NCBI GenBank assembly: GCA_965153455.1
Contig: OZ234493.1
Location: forward strand, 11,088,213-11,152,212
DNA from: Sphagnum compactum
Taxonomy: Eukaryota
Direction of reading: 5' to 3'
Length of the DNA: 64,000 nucleotides
Below, in pieces: positions 1-11,682 of this stretch. Both the position numbers and the translations under genes were made by a program. A model generated the notes under the pieces. It was not told where the DNA came from. It saw only the letters and a list, made by a program, of their open reading frames with translations, and made no database searches. Numbering within the stretch: position 1 is the first letter of the stretch; each line of letters begins with the position of its first letter.

Positions 1-683
1 ATGATTTAATATCTAATTAATGAATGATTTTTTGAAGTAATTAAAAATAATAATTGATTTCTTAATTAGTTGGTGTTAATTAAAATATAATTAATGAATA
101 AGTAAAATTATTTAGTTCATATTTTATACTTATTAATAAATTATTTGATAATAATAATTTATCAATAATTAATGCTCATTTAAGACAATGATTATATCAT
201 ATTAATATGACCTCACTAATACAATTTAATCATACCTTAATAAAGATGGTATAGTTTTATTGAACCATACAAAATGAAAATGACAAATTTTCAATCTAAT
301 ATGCCCATAATATGGGCAAATATATGTTTAATATATCTAAAATAAAATCCATGTAGTATGTTTTTAATGCAGTTCACAAAACCTTAATGTACATTAAATG
401 TTTAAAATCACCATAATAAATAAGCGAATTGCAACTAATTTTGCAACTAGATGAACATAGGTGCCTATTATTTAGATGAAAAATATAAGAAGATAGTCAA
501 TATGGATGGATGTGTAATTTAATAGTTACGCCATGATTGAAAAAATAATTGTAAATTTCAAAAGATGATGACTATTTATAAAAATGATAAAATAGAGTTG
601 CAAATGATAGATAGTTGGATGTAGTCACATGTAGTTGTGACTTGCAAATTGAATGGTTACACATTACAAGATTTCTTGTAGTG
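1..683. mobile_element. Right end of a CACTA (En/Spm) DNA transposon with AT-rich subterminal region
   Basis: 672-683 reads TTTCTTGTAGTG, the reverse complement of the canonical CACTA terminus CACTACAAGAAA. It is preceded by repeated gcaact/agttgc/gtgact-type subterminal motifs. The left end lies outside the window. Confidence 0.6.
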
Positions 684-3009
684 TCAATGTCATTCATCAC
701 AAAAAAATTCAACGCATAATTTTAGTTTTGAAGTATATATGTAATTTTTCATGTTTTGTGACAAATATTACTTCGTCACATATATACTCCATATGTTCAA
801 GTTCTTTAACATTTGTTATTTAAAAAAAATTGATTAATTTAAATATAAAGCTAATAAACATTACTTTAAACAAGCAAAAAAATCCAATATGTGATCTCCA
901 TATGTTACAAAAAAAACTAAATATAAAAATATTGTACTTGTGACAACAATTTTTGGGGGGCTTATTGTGCTTATGCCCATTTACTACACAATTTATAGTT
1001 CACCATTCTTGAGACTTAGGGATGGTGCTACAAATTACATTTGATCTTTTCGTAGTTTTTTTTGTTTGCTAGCTTGAATGTTAGTTTCATTTGAATTCCA
1101 TACATGATCTATGATGTCGTTGGCAATATAATGATTATAGGTTGGTGTAGAATGAATTGCAAAGAAATGGATGTCAGTCCATTTGCTAACTAAATTTCTA
1201 GTCCTTGTGCTTGTCCAATGTTGACTTTTGGGGGGGGGGGGGGATGTTTATTTGACAATTACATGGCCAGATTGGGAAACACCATGCCCCACCTATGCCA
1301 TTAAGTTAGAAAGAAATTTTCTCCAATTCTTAAAATTATAGGTAATTAAGGCACGAAGTTTATGGGCATTTTGGAATTTTGTAGACCTAATTAGGCTGTT
1401 GAGCTAGAAAAAATAATTTGTTTGATTGTTGATGCTGGCCAAGTAAGGGTTGGTCTCCTTATAACATATCCCCAGTCCTGCACAACTTGATTCCAACATT
1501 TCACCGTCTTTGTTTTGATGTTGATCCTTGAAACCATAACTAATTGTTGGGAGTATCACCAATTGTAGGGAGCATCTCTAACATGGGAGAATGCCATTAG
1601 ACAAGAGATCTCCAAATTATATCACATATTTTGTTGCCTTTTGACATTTCCAAATCTCCCTAATACCTTTTTGCACATTTATTCCTGGTCGTTAGTTGGT
1701 TGACCTTCATGACTCACCCTCTAATGTGTCCCATAACCCGTATTACTTGGTGTTCTCGTACAATTAGTTATGTCCGATAACCCCAATGCTTTTCCCAATT
1801 ACCTAGTCCATGTCTGCATGAAGATTTTGGTAGTGAACTAGGTCTTCATTATAGTGGTGTTTGGTGTTGAGCTGGTACTTACTTTGAATCAGCTTCATGA
1901 GAAAGTGTGGTTGCCTGGGTCCTCTAGAAGCATCACTTTAAGAATGTTACGCAAAGAGCAATGTGCATGCAATAACACAAACACTTGTTTACTCGAAAGA
2001 ATTTGCAAATTTGCTCCTTGCACACACTATTCTGTGGCAAAAAACACACACACACAAATATTGCATTATCAAATTAACAGCATGGAGATAGTTCAAAATG
2101 ACATCCCTATTTTGCCATCACCATGCACCAACATGAAGGATCTCTCCTCTTCATGCATAGGTGCACAACAATGAATGGTCTTTGGCTATATGCTTGAAAG
2201 TTGTATACCACGCAACTTTCAATCATACATGTTCTATACCACCATGCAACTAATGGATGTAATTGTAATATCTTGTCTTATGACTTCTGGCTTTTTTGTG
2301 ATTATATGAACTCCACTCTACCCTTGAAATGCTGACAATTGGAAAAATTCTACTTCCTCATGCCTATCTCTTGATTTGGCTGTTTTCAAAATTCAGTGAT
2401 GTTGTTTAATTAATCTTCTTTGTAAAATCCTCTCCCTCTGAATTGGGTGCAAAAATTAATGCAAATAACATAAGAGAATGTTGGTTTTAACTTTCTTTCA
2501 GGACTTTTGTGTTAGGTACCTAACATTAATGAGATTATTTTAGATAGGAGATTTATCATCATCCCTCCCTAATGTTAAATGAAGGAATGGTACCAATAAT
2601 GTGGAGGACAGGTATAAGGTCCACACATAACAATCATGTTACTGAAGAGAAGGAGGGGGTTAATAGGGTACTTCCTTAATTACTTGGGAGTTGTTGTTGT
2701 CACCCCAACTACTTCTTGTACTGACACAGAGCAAGTGCATGTGAAATGAGTAAAAAGAGAAGTGTATGGTAAGGACAGACAACTTGGATTCCTATGTTTT
2801 CTTTCTTTGTTGGTGCTCTTGGAATGCTAAGTCTGTATATATATTGGAATTTGCAAATCCTCATAATTGGCAGCTTGATGTATATTGTACATGTTGCGGT
2901 GCACCTCAAGCATGTTGTATGCTTGGATGGACATACTGGATCACATATGCACTCCCTTTTTTATAAGAACTTTTATAGTGAAAATTGCCTTTGGATGAAA
3001 AATTGACAT

Positions 3010-3270
3010 CCTGAAAGAACATTGTCTTAATGAAGACGCATATAACCTACCTTTGAAAATCAACATTGTTGCCAAAGATGCATATAGCCCACCTTTGAAA
3101 AGAAACCTTGGAATCTATAGGTGACCTCCCCGGAGAATATTTTTGCAAAGATGCATATATCTAACCTTCGAAATGAACATTGTTGCCAATAGCCTGCCTT
3201 TGAAAGAAACCTTGTTGCAAGATGCATGCAACTCACCTTTGAGAAAGGAAACATTGTCACAAACATGAAT
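3010..3270. repeat. Degenerate tandem repeat, unit about 40 bp
   Basis: Recurring unit of the form gatgcatatagcccacctttgaaaagaaacattgttgc, about 5-6 imperfect copies. Confidence 0.65.
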
Positions 3271-4539
3271 AATGGTTCAATTATGTGTAGTTGAATCCAC
3301 ATCTGAAAAATAGCAACATAGTTGCAAAAATGCATAAAAAACCTCTCCCCCTTCTTTGGTAAGTAAACTCAGCACTATCTATGGTCTCAGGAAGAGACTC
3401 TTTATCAATATGTCCATTTCATCAAAAGTCTTTCTTTCAACACACCAATGACAAATAATAACTTGTGAGAGTATGTTGTCAATTGTATTTGAATTTTTTC
3501 TCTTCGTGGTGCAAACAAGTTACATTAAATAGCTACCACCTCCATATAATGAGAGAAAATTTACTCTAAATCAACTACTATTTCCATGAGTACAATTTGT
3601 ATGTAAACCCAAAATTTTAAGTTCCCTCTCTTCTTAAGGCCTTGTTGCAATATTTGATAATTAGGTAGCAATTGTGTCAATGTAAGTAGTTGGTGGGGGA
3701 AATTTGAGTAAATTTAACCTATTCTAAGGCCAATTCAATCAACAAGTATTGCATTGATGGGACTCTAGGTGGTACTTCCTTGTTGTGCATTGTGTGACAA
3801 GACGGGTGAATCTTAATTCTAAACATGGTTATCAATGTGATTCTATATTACATGCCTCACAATTATTTTCAACAAAACGTTGAAGACACCTCAAGCATTC
3901 TAAATTTCCTACATTTTTACGTAAATTGCTACCTTCAAAAATAAGAACCACCTGATGAATGGCTAAGATTTGGACCTAAAAGGACCAATCCCTTATGCTT
4001 AAGTAGAAATCCATTCCATTTGTATGTCTCCATATTTGTTAGTTTATGTTTATGTTTGGGGTAATGGAGATTCCTATCTAAACTCGGACATTTTAAAGTT
4101 GTTCAACTTCCCCCATTTTTCTCACTTTTCTTTTACAATAATGAGAACCAAAATAGTTCCTCCAAGAAATCGAAAACAACAACACCACTAGGGTTGGCGG
4201 CCCCAACTGAAGAACCCATGTAAAGCTAATTGGGACAATTTGCTGCCATCTAGGACCGAACACCAAACTGTGCAATTGAGAGCTAGACATGTAACATGGT
4301 TATAAAAGTTAGATTCCACATGTTCAAAAGAGTTTTTGTATGGAAGCAATGAGAGGATGAATGGGTGGGGTAAAGTCCCAAGGGACATTCGCAAATGTGC
4401 ATCAGGCTCTGCATTTGGGAATGTCCTCAATCTTAAGGATGACCTGAACATACCAAGATCCCCGGGCCTATGAGGGGGAGGGTTCTTAGGCCTACACCTT
4501 AAGAATGGGAGGGATCTGATGAATTCCAATCTGGATTGT

Positions 4540-4700
4540 AAAGGTCTTAATTATATATTTTGCTAAAAAACTCTCCAATTTTGTGATGAGTCACCAAGGT
4601 GGTGATCATCCATAAGCCAATTTAGCCCAATTTGGCTAATAACAAAATATGAAAGGAAAAGCATTTAACCATCTTTGGCTACCCTATTTGAACCGCGCTG
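4540..4700. repeat. Dispersed MITE-like repeat
   Basis: gtggtgatcatccataag...tagcccaatttggcta...aaatatgaaag. Related sequence occurs at about 48428-48500 (gtggtgatcatccataag...agccaatttg) and inverted at about 42300-42380. Confidence 0.5.
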
Positions 4701-5320
4701 CATCCTGCCTTCATCTTCTTGCGAAAAAGAATTGTTTAGAAACCCAGCAAACACAAGTTTCAACGCTGGAGATCGATCACTTGGAGCCCTTTCAGTACTG
4801 ATATTTGAAAACCGTTTATCATTCCCGTTGATAAATTTTGTTTGAGGACGGAAACATATCTGTTTCCCTTATCACGCCGCATTGTGTCAAGATCAACGCG
4901 ACGTGAAGAGTATCAATTGACATGAGGAGTTTGCAATATTATCGTCGAGCACGCCGCGTGATTGAGTAAGTAGATAGATAGATAGACCCTGCATTGTTGA
5001 GCCTGAAGCTGCTGTTAGAATATATAGATTACATAAACAATCAGATCTTCTCAACAACAGATCTATCGACAAAGTCTGCGAAGGTAGGCCACCAAAAGAC
5101 CTCGCCTAGATCGCAACTCCTCCAAGCGGATCGATCTTTATGCATACAGCAGGTGTGTTGACCAAAAAATCTAGCTTCTACATACAACACTTGCTTGAAT
5201 TCTGCCTGTGCAGCGCGCCTTGTACCAATGCAAATCGCCGTCTGAGAGGTTTGCAACAAAGATCCTCGACTCCGAGGGTAGAAGATCAGAGCTGTTGTTG
5301 TCTAGTTCTTCCGACTGAAA

Positions 5321-8300
5321 ATGACTGTCATGAGCAGGCAGGCATCAGTGCTTTCCGTTTTGCTCAACATATTAATACTGCAGCAGCTTGTAATGCCGTC
5401 GGAGCAGCAACAGCAGCTGGAATATGCTTGCAATTTCCAAGTCAATGAAGCTCTGCAATCTCTGCTATTCTGCGATACCTCCCTTTCTGACGACGTTCGT
5501 GTGCGAGATCTGCTGGACCGGATGACATTGGAAGAGAAGATTACGCAGCTTGTCAACGACGCACCGGCTGTGCCCAGGTTGGGGATTCCCAGCTATTCTT
5601 GGTGGCAGGAGGGATTGCATGGTGTCGCGCACGTGTCTTTCGCGGCAGATCCGGCTCTGCCACATGCCACCAGCTTCCCTCTGCCGATCCTCACAGCCGC
5701 ATCCTTCAACAAAACTCTTTGGAACCAGATTGGTCAGGCATGTGTACTGCATCATCCGGATTCCTCACATGAGCGCATTTGCAATTCGCAGAGAATTTCT
5801 TTGACGAGGAGGATGTCCATGGGAGAAGTTCAAAAGATCGTCTAGATAGTTCTGATCAGTTGTTGTCATTCCTGCGCATTCTTGTTCATTGCTGGAACAA
5901 GAATTCTTGTCTTGCTTCTTGTGGACATCGTCCTGCTATAATTTAATGTTGAGAGTCGAGACTCTTCCTTCCTGAGAGCTTGTCAAGAATCTGTTTCTGA
6001 ATTCTGTTCGGTGCATGCAGGCTGTGTCGACGGAAGCAAGGGCATTTTACAACGCTGGAATAGGTGGCCTGACTTACTGGTCGCCGGTGATCAACATCGT
6101 TCGTGATCCGAGGTGGGGACGGGTGCAAGAAACCTCAGGGGAAGACCCCACTCTCACGAGCTCGTATGCAATCTACTTCGTTAAAGGCATGCAAGAGGGG
6201 GGTTCTATAGCAGCTACCTCTAGCAGTGACATAACAACAAATGTCAGTGCATTGAGCGGGCCCAGAAGGTTGAAAGTTTCAGCATGTTGCAAGCATTTCA
6301 CAGCTTACGATCTGGACAATTGGGAGGGCGCTGACCGGTTTCATTTTGATGCTCAGGTCGGCCGGGGCAATTTCTTTTCTGGCTTCTCTAGTCCCTGCGT
6401 TGAGAAGAATATCTGCATTGAAAATTGTATATGTTTCGTTGGAGAATTGTCGAACCATCTGATGGGTTTGGAGCCTGAGTAGCAAGACCACTTGGAAGAT
6501 GGCCATCGTTGCTGTACCACTTATCCATAGACTTGACATTCTACCGTTTGAGCAATGCACAGGCCAATGTTTGGAGGACATTGCCATTGTGACAAAACTA
6601 GCTATGATTCTCAAGCAATCGTCAAATATGGCCTGGATATGGTGATGAGAATTGGCCAAATGTTCTAGTCAGGAACATAGTGATGTGTATCAGTTGTTTC
6701 TCAGTGAGCCCTAAACTTTGGGTGTTGAGTACAACATGGCAGGTTACTCAACAAGATCTGCAAGACACATATAATCCTCCTTTCCAGAGCTGTGTCCAAG
6801 AAGGTCAATCAAGCAGCTTGATGTGCTCTTACAACAGGGTTAATGGAGTTCCCACTTGTGCTGACTACTCTTTCCTTACAGAGACTGTTCGCAACAATTG
6901 GGGTCTGAATGGGTATGTTCATTACTTGGTGTTCAGTTAATCTCATCTTGAATTCATTGCCTCCTCTTGTTATGGCACATTATAACAGCTCTAAGGATAA
7001 CTGCTTGTGGAGGGCTCATGTTGTTTTGATCATTTTCAGCTTGTTCAACTCAACTGAACAGACTCATCCTTTGCGAGATGGGTTGAGATGCAAGATATTC
7101 CCATTCATTCTATTGTGTTGCATCTAGCAAAATGAAAAGAAAGCCACAGAAATGTCAGAATTATGCAGGTAGAACAGGAAAAGACACATGAAACTTCCAT
7201 ATGCATGGGTTCAACTGTGTGCCATTGTATGCTTAGGATTACAGCCTCATTGTGATGCAGGTCCTACCTCATAGACATGTGGCGGATCTGTGTCACAAGT
7301 TAGTTATTCTGACATCTGATGTACATTGCGGAGATGGCCCAGGTATATTGTGTCTGACTGTGATGCAGTTCAAGTCATGCATGATGACACAGGCTATGCA
7401 CCTACCGTTGAGGACGCTGTAGCTGATGCATTGAATGCAGGTGTACTGGACTTTCTGTACCCATTAGCATCTAGTCTTGATTCACACTATGTTTTTTCCT
7501 ATAGCTCAATTGTTAAGTCTGTCATCAACTGTTTTGCACCACTATCTGGTCAGTATATGTGCATGCCCCGTAACTAGCATCTGATGAACTTGGAAGGGAA
7601 GTTTAGGTTAAACATTGACAGAAGCTGAATAATTAGAAATCTGATAACAAAAGACTGAGTGTCTTTTTGCCATTATGGAACCCTCATGTCTCCTTATAAG
7701 AGATGGCACGTTTGGCCTTAATACAAGATATGTTGTTCTAGACCTGATGTGCATCAACTCTGTACCTGCAGGTTTGGATTTGAATTGCGGACAGTACCTT
7801 GCAGCTTTCACTCAATCAGCTATCAATAAGGGTAAAGTCAATGAATCCAGAGTTGATGAGGCTCTGTACCAGGTTCTATTGGTGCGCATGCGTCTTGGGA
7901 TGTTTGATGGGAATCCAGCAAATCAGCAATTTGGCTCTCTGGGACCAAAAGATGTCTGTACTGATGCACATCAGGAACTTGCTCTGGAGGCTGCAAGACA
8001 GAGTATTGTACTTCTGAAGAACGATGGCAACATTCTACCTCTTTCTCAAAATAAGAAAATTGCAGTCATTGGGCCTAATGCAAATGCATCACATGTCATG
8101 CTTGGTGACTATGAAGGCATGTTTCCTAAGCTGACTCTCTCAACAGAATTCCAAGTTTGAGTCAATTCCTCATTGTAACACGTGCCTAAACATTGATTCC
8201 ATGCAATCTGTGACAGCATTGTCTTCTAAGGACATCAGTGAAACTGATAGCAGGGCCTTGACATCTCTAACTTACAATTGTTGCCTCATCTCAAATTCCT

Positions 8301-9813
8301 CTGATGCATGGCCAGCCTATGTTGTGGTCTGAACCCAAAGCAGGTTGTGTGCAGGCATCCCTTGCAGGTACATTACACCTCTTGATGGATTGATGAATTT
8401 TGGTGGGGATTATCAAAAGGTTCACTATGCACCAGGATGTGCAGATACTGCCTGTGAAGGAGGGGATCTGATTCCTGATGCTGTAGCTGTTGCATTAAAT
8501 GCTGATACAGTAGTTTTAGTTGTTGGGTTAACCCAGGAACAAGAGACAGAAAGTCTTGACAGGACAAGCCTCCTTCTACCTGGTTTTCAGCAGGATCTCA
8601 TATCAGCTGTTGCAACCTATGCCAATGGATGCCCAGTAGTGCTGGTAATCATGTCTGCAGGACCAGTTGATATCTCAGTTGCAAAGGAGGACAGTCGCAT
8701 CCAAAGCATTATGTGGGTAGGCTATCCTGGTGAGGCTGGTGGCCAGGCCATAGCAAATATCATCTTTGGCTACCATAATCCAGGTAAGCTTCAATTTCAA
8801 CAGTAGAGTGCTTCTACTACAAAATAAGTTGCATCAGAGTACATTCTCAGATTCCAATGTAACATGCAACAATTGAGCAACATAAAATATGCACTGTATG
8901 TGTCCATCTTTGTCCACATCTTTCACTCTCACAGATCCTTGTTGATCTCAATTTAGTTTGGTTTTATGTGGCTGTCCCACTGGTTTCATACCAAACATCT
9001 TAATGCAGGTGGTAGATTGCCTGTTTCATGGTACCCAGAGGAATATACAAAGATCAAGATGACAGATATGCACATGCGTCCAGACAGAAGTTCAGGATAC
9101 CCAGGCCGAACCTACCGCTTTTATACAGGAAAAACAGTCTATGATTTTGGCTATGGCCTCAGCTACTCCACATTCACACATGTATTCACATCAGCACCAG
9201 CAGCTCTGATTGCACCAACATTGCAGGAGCAGCATTGCTATCATCAATGGAGGGCTTCTTCAAACAGTGGCCTGAAATGCTCAGAGAAAGACAGAGGTAA
9301 TCATGGTTGACCACTTGAACCTCTAGTATGCAGCTTAAAAAGTGTATACTGATGCTGCAGAGGTGCTTTTGCTAGTTGCAAATTAGTGTAACTGCAAATA
9401 GGTGTTGTTATGAATGTCACTGATGATGAGGCTGCTTGTGGCTGGCTTCAGGTATCTGCCAGACCTCGAACTTTGCACTCACCATTATAGTACAGAATGT
9501 GGGAGGCATGGATGGTAAACACTCATTGCTTCTATTTTCCGAAACTCCCACAGCAGGAATCAAAGGAGCTCCATTGAGGCAACAGCTGGCATTTGAGACA
9601 CTGTATCTTGGTGCAGGTGAGCAGCGTGAGCTCACATTCAACATTGATCCATGCACACAGCTTAGCACAGTGAAAGAGGATGGCACATATATGTTGGATA
9701 CAGGCACACACATCCTTACAGTTGGCAGTGCCAAGCACAGCATAGCCATTGTAAGTGCTGATTCAATCACAGCTGATGTAACTTCTTCTGGTGGCAGAAA
9801 TTCACAACCATAG
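5321..9813 (+). CDS. BXL: Glycoside hydrolase family 3 beta-D-xylosidase / alpha-L-arabinofuranosidase (BXL-like), about 814 aa, 8 exons
   Basis: Exons 5321-5737, 6021-6356, 6743-6912, 7343-7440, 7772-8116, 8355-8783, 9009-9296 and 9452-9813 join in frame (2445 nt). Motifs: [65 protein letters not shown] (nucleophile Asp), [29 protein letters not shown], and a C-terminal Fn3-like region. The N-terminus is hydrophobic and signal-like. Introns 1 and 5 have GC donors. Confidence 0.95.
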
Positions 9814-10592
9814 GGTTATTAAGGACCCAAACTCAAGAAGTCTTCTTGGAAATGTTGTGAGAAAAACTATCCTTTTATATCCCTTTGATGCAGTTGGCCC
9901 CCAAAGTTGTGTATCCAAGTGTTATCAGATGATGTCAGTTTGTTCCAGCAAACCAAAAGTTCCATGACAACGAGAATGAGTGTAGTTACAATCTTGTGAG
10001 TGTCACTGAGAAAAGTATCAGGCCATCACCTTTGTCACCTTTCAATGGCAGTGACTAGTTGTCAATTCTTCCCACTGACTTCATCAACTCTCAAACCATG
10101 GATGGAGATAAGAAAATAAACACCCCAAAACTTAGGTCAAACAATTATCAGTAAAAGAAAATGTGCGTCTGGAGTTTCTGCAATGCATGGACAATGCTTG
10201 ATCATGATGTTGACTAGCACTTGAAGAAGTTGGCGTTTCTTTTTTCCTTTCACACCTTGAAACAATTGAAAGTGTTACAACCTTAGCCTTGGACTCCCAG
10301 CTCAGCTCTAAATACATGTAAAGAACTGGGAGAATTGTTTAGTGTATGTGGAGGGTACCTTAGCCTTGTTAATTTTTCTGCTGCAAGAGAGCAGGCACCC
10401 TATGTGTAAGGCTCGTGATGTTTGAGAAATCTCACATGTAAGGTGCCTCATCTCCTCCTCACACAAAATCAAAGACGTTAAAATTCTACCAGATCTTTCG
10501 CTGCATAAGGACCTCAAAGCAGGGCAGTCCTGGGATTTCAGGTCCTGTGCCACCTTGTGCCAGGCCCTCATTTTTGGAACGACCCCGTTCTC

Positions 10593-10725
10593 AGGCCCAT
10601 TCTCGGCCCCGTACTCAGTCCTTATCCTACACAAAACTGAAAATTTTCATTTTACAAACAAAATTTCAAGATCCAGAAGTGACAACTGCCCGTTTCCAAA
10701 ATCTGCCCGTGTTTTCTTAGGGTTT
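10593..10725 (+). promoter_or_regulatory. Site II element and telo-box upstream of PEN2
   Basis: AGGCCCA (reverse complement of TGGGCCT, site II) at 10593-10599 and TAGGGTTT at 10718-10725, 190-320 bp upstream of the ATG. These motifs are short and can occur by chance. Confidence 0.4.
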
Positions 10726-10915
10726 TGGTTCCGCGCAACTTCTGAGCGGAAGAAGAAGGGGGTTGCGGGAAGCAGCGCGGAAGGGTTCCAGAGGAACAAG
10801 GGTTTGCGCGAGAGAGAGAGATTTGAGGAAGATAAATTGAAGTTGCGTTGCAGATTTGAGGAAGAAATTCGAGTTTGTTGTAGGCGAAGAAGAGAGTGAT
10901 CGCTGGAGGATTTCA

Positions 10916-11682
10916 ATGGAGGGAGAACCGGTGCAAACTACTGCTGCTGATACGGAATGGGGGAGGCAAACCGATGTGTCGAGTGCGGGGTCGTTACAGT
11001 GGCCAACAATAGACGGGCCGCTCGGGGTTTATAACGAAGAAGCTGTGAAGCTGGCCAAGTCGTTCTATTATGGTGGATTTCTGTTGCTACCGTTGTTGTG
11101 GTTTGTGAATTGCTTCTACTTCTGGCCAGTGTTGCAACACCGGGAAGCCGAGCCTCTGATCCGCCGTTGTATGATGATGCTCTATGCCCCTTTCCTTGTC
11201 TCTCATCTGTGACCAGATCTTTTTATTGCTTATCATGCATTATTTCTGCATTTGTTGCACATATGTGCCCTGAGTTTGCCATAAAACAACAATTGGAAAC
11301 TCGTTGCTGTCTTATGTATTGAAAGAAAGATGCACTATTGCCCTTTCAATCCGGAGATCACATATTCAAGCATGACCCTGTCAGAGAGATGCTATGTGAT
11401 GTTGTGCTCATGTGGTATTGCGCTGTTGTCAAGCTTGAACTAGGGTCTTGCTATTCTTGTCTTTTACCTTCGCTTTTTTTGTCTCAGAGTTTGCACTTAA
11501 TGTGATATGGCTGTGTTTGAGGGGAAGCAGATGTGGTGAAATCTGGGATTGGATGCGTGCTCTTTAGTGTGGTTCTTCTAGCATGGGCCCTTACCTTTGC
11601 TTTTGGTGGCGAGCGACTGTTTGGGTCTTACTGGAAACACCTTGCGATCTTCGATATTGATGACAAGTATGGACCAGCATAG
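10916..11682 (+). CDS. PEN2: Gamma-secretase subunit PEN-2 (presenilin enhancer 2), 134 aa, 2 exons
   Basis: Exons 10916-11168 and 11531-11682 (GT-AG, 405 nt). Protein WPTIDGPLG...AKSFYYGGFLLLPLLWFVNCFYFWPVL...IRRYVVKSGIG...AWALTFAFGGERLFG matches plant PEN-2. Confidence 0.93.

Noticed and set aside
1200-4530. Protein-coding gene from ORFs 1854-2174, 2709-3335 and 4188-4529
   Set aside because: There is no coherent exon chain or recognisable domain. Faint gag-like hints on the minus strand suggest a decayed retroelement but are too weak to call.
5041-9770. Antisense ORFs overlapping BXL (and similar ones over G6PD, the SdpI-like genes and the PPR)
   Set aside because: These are shadow ORFs of real coding exons with no independent support.
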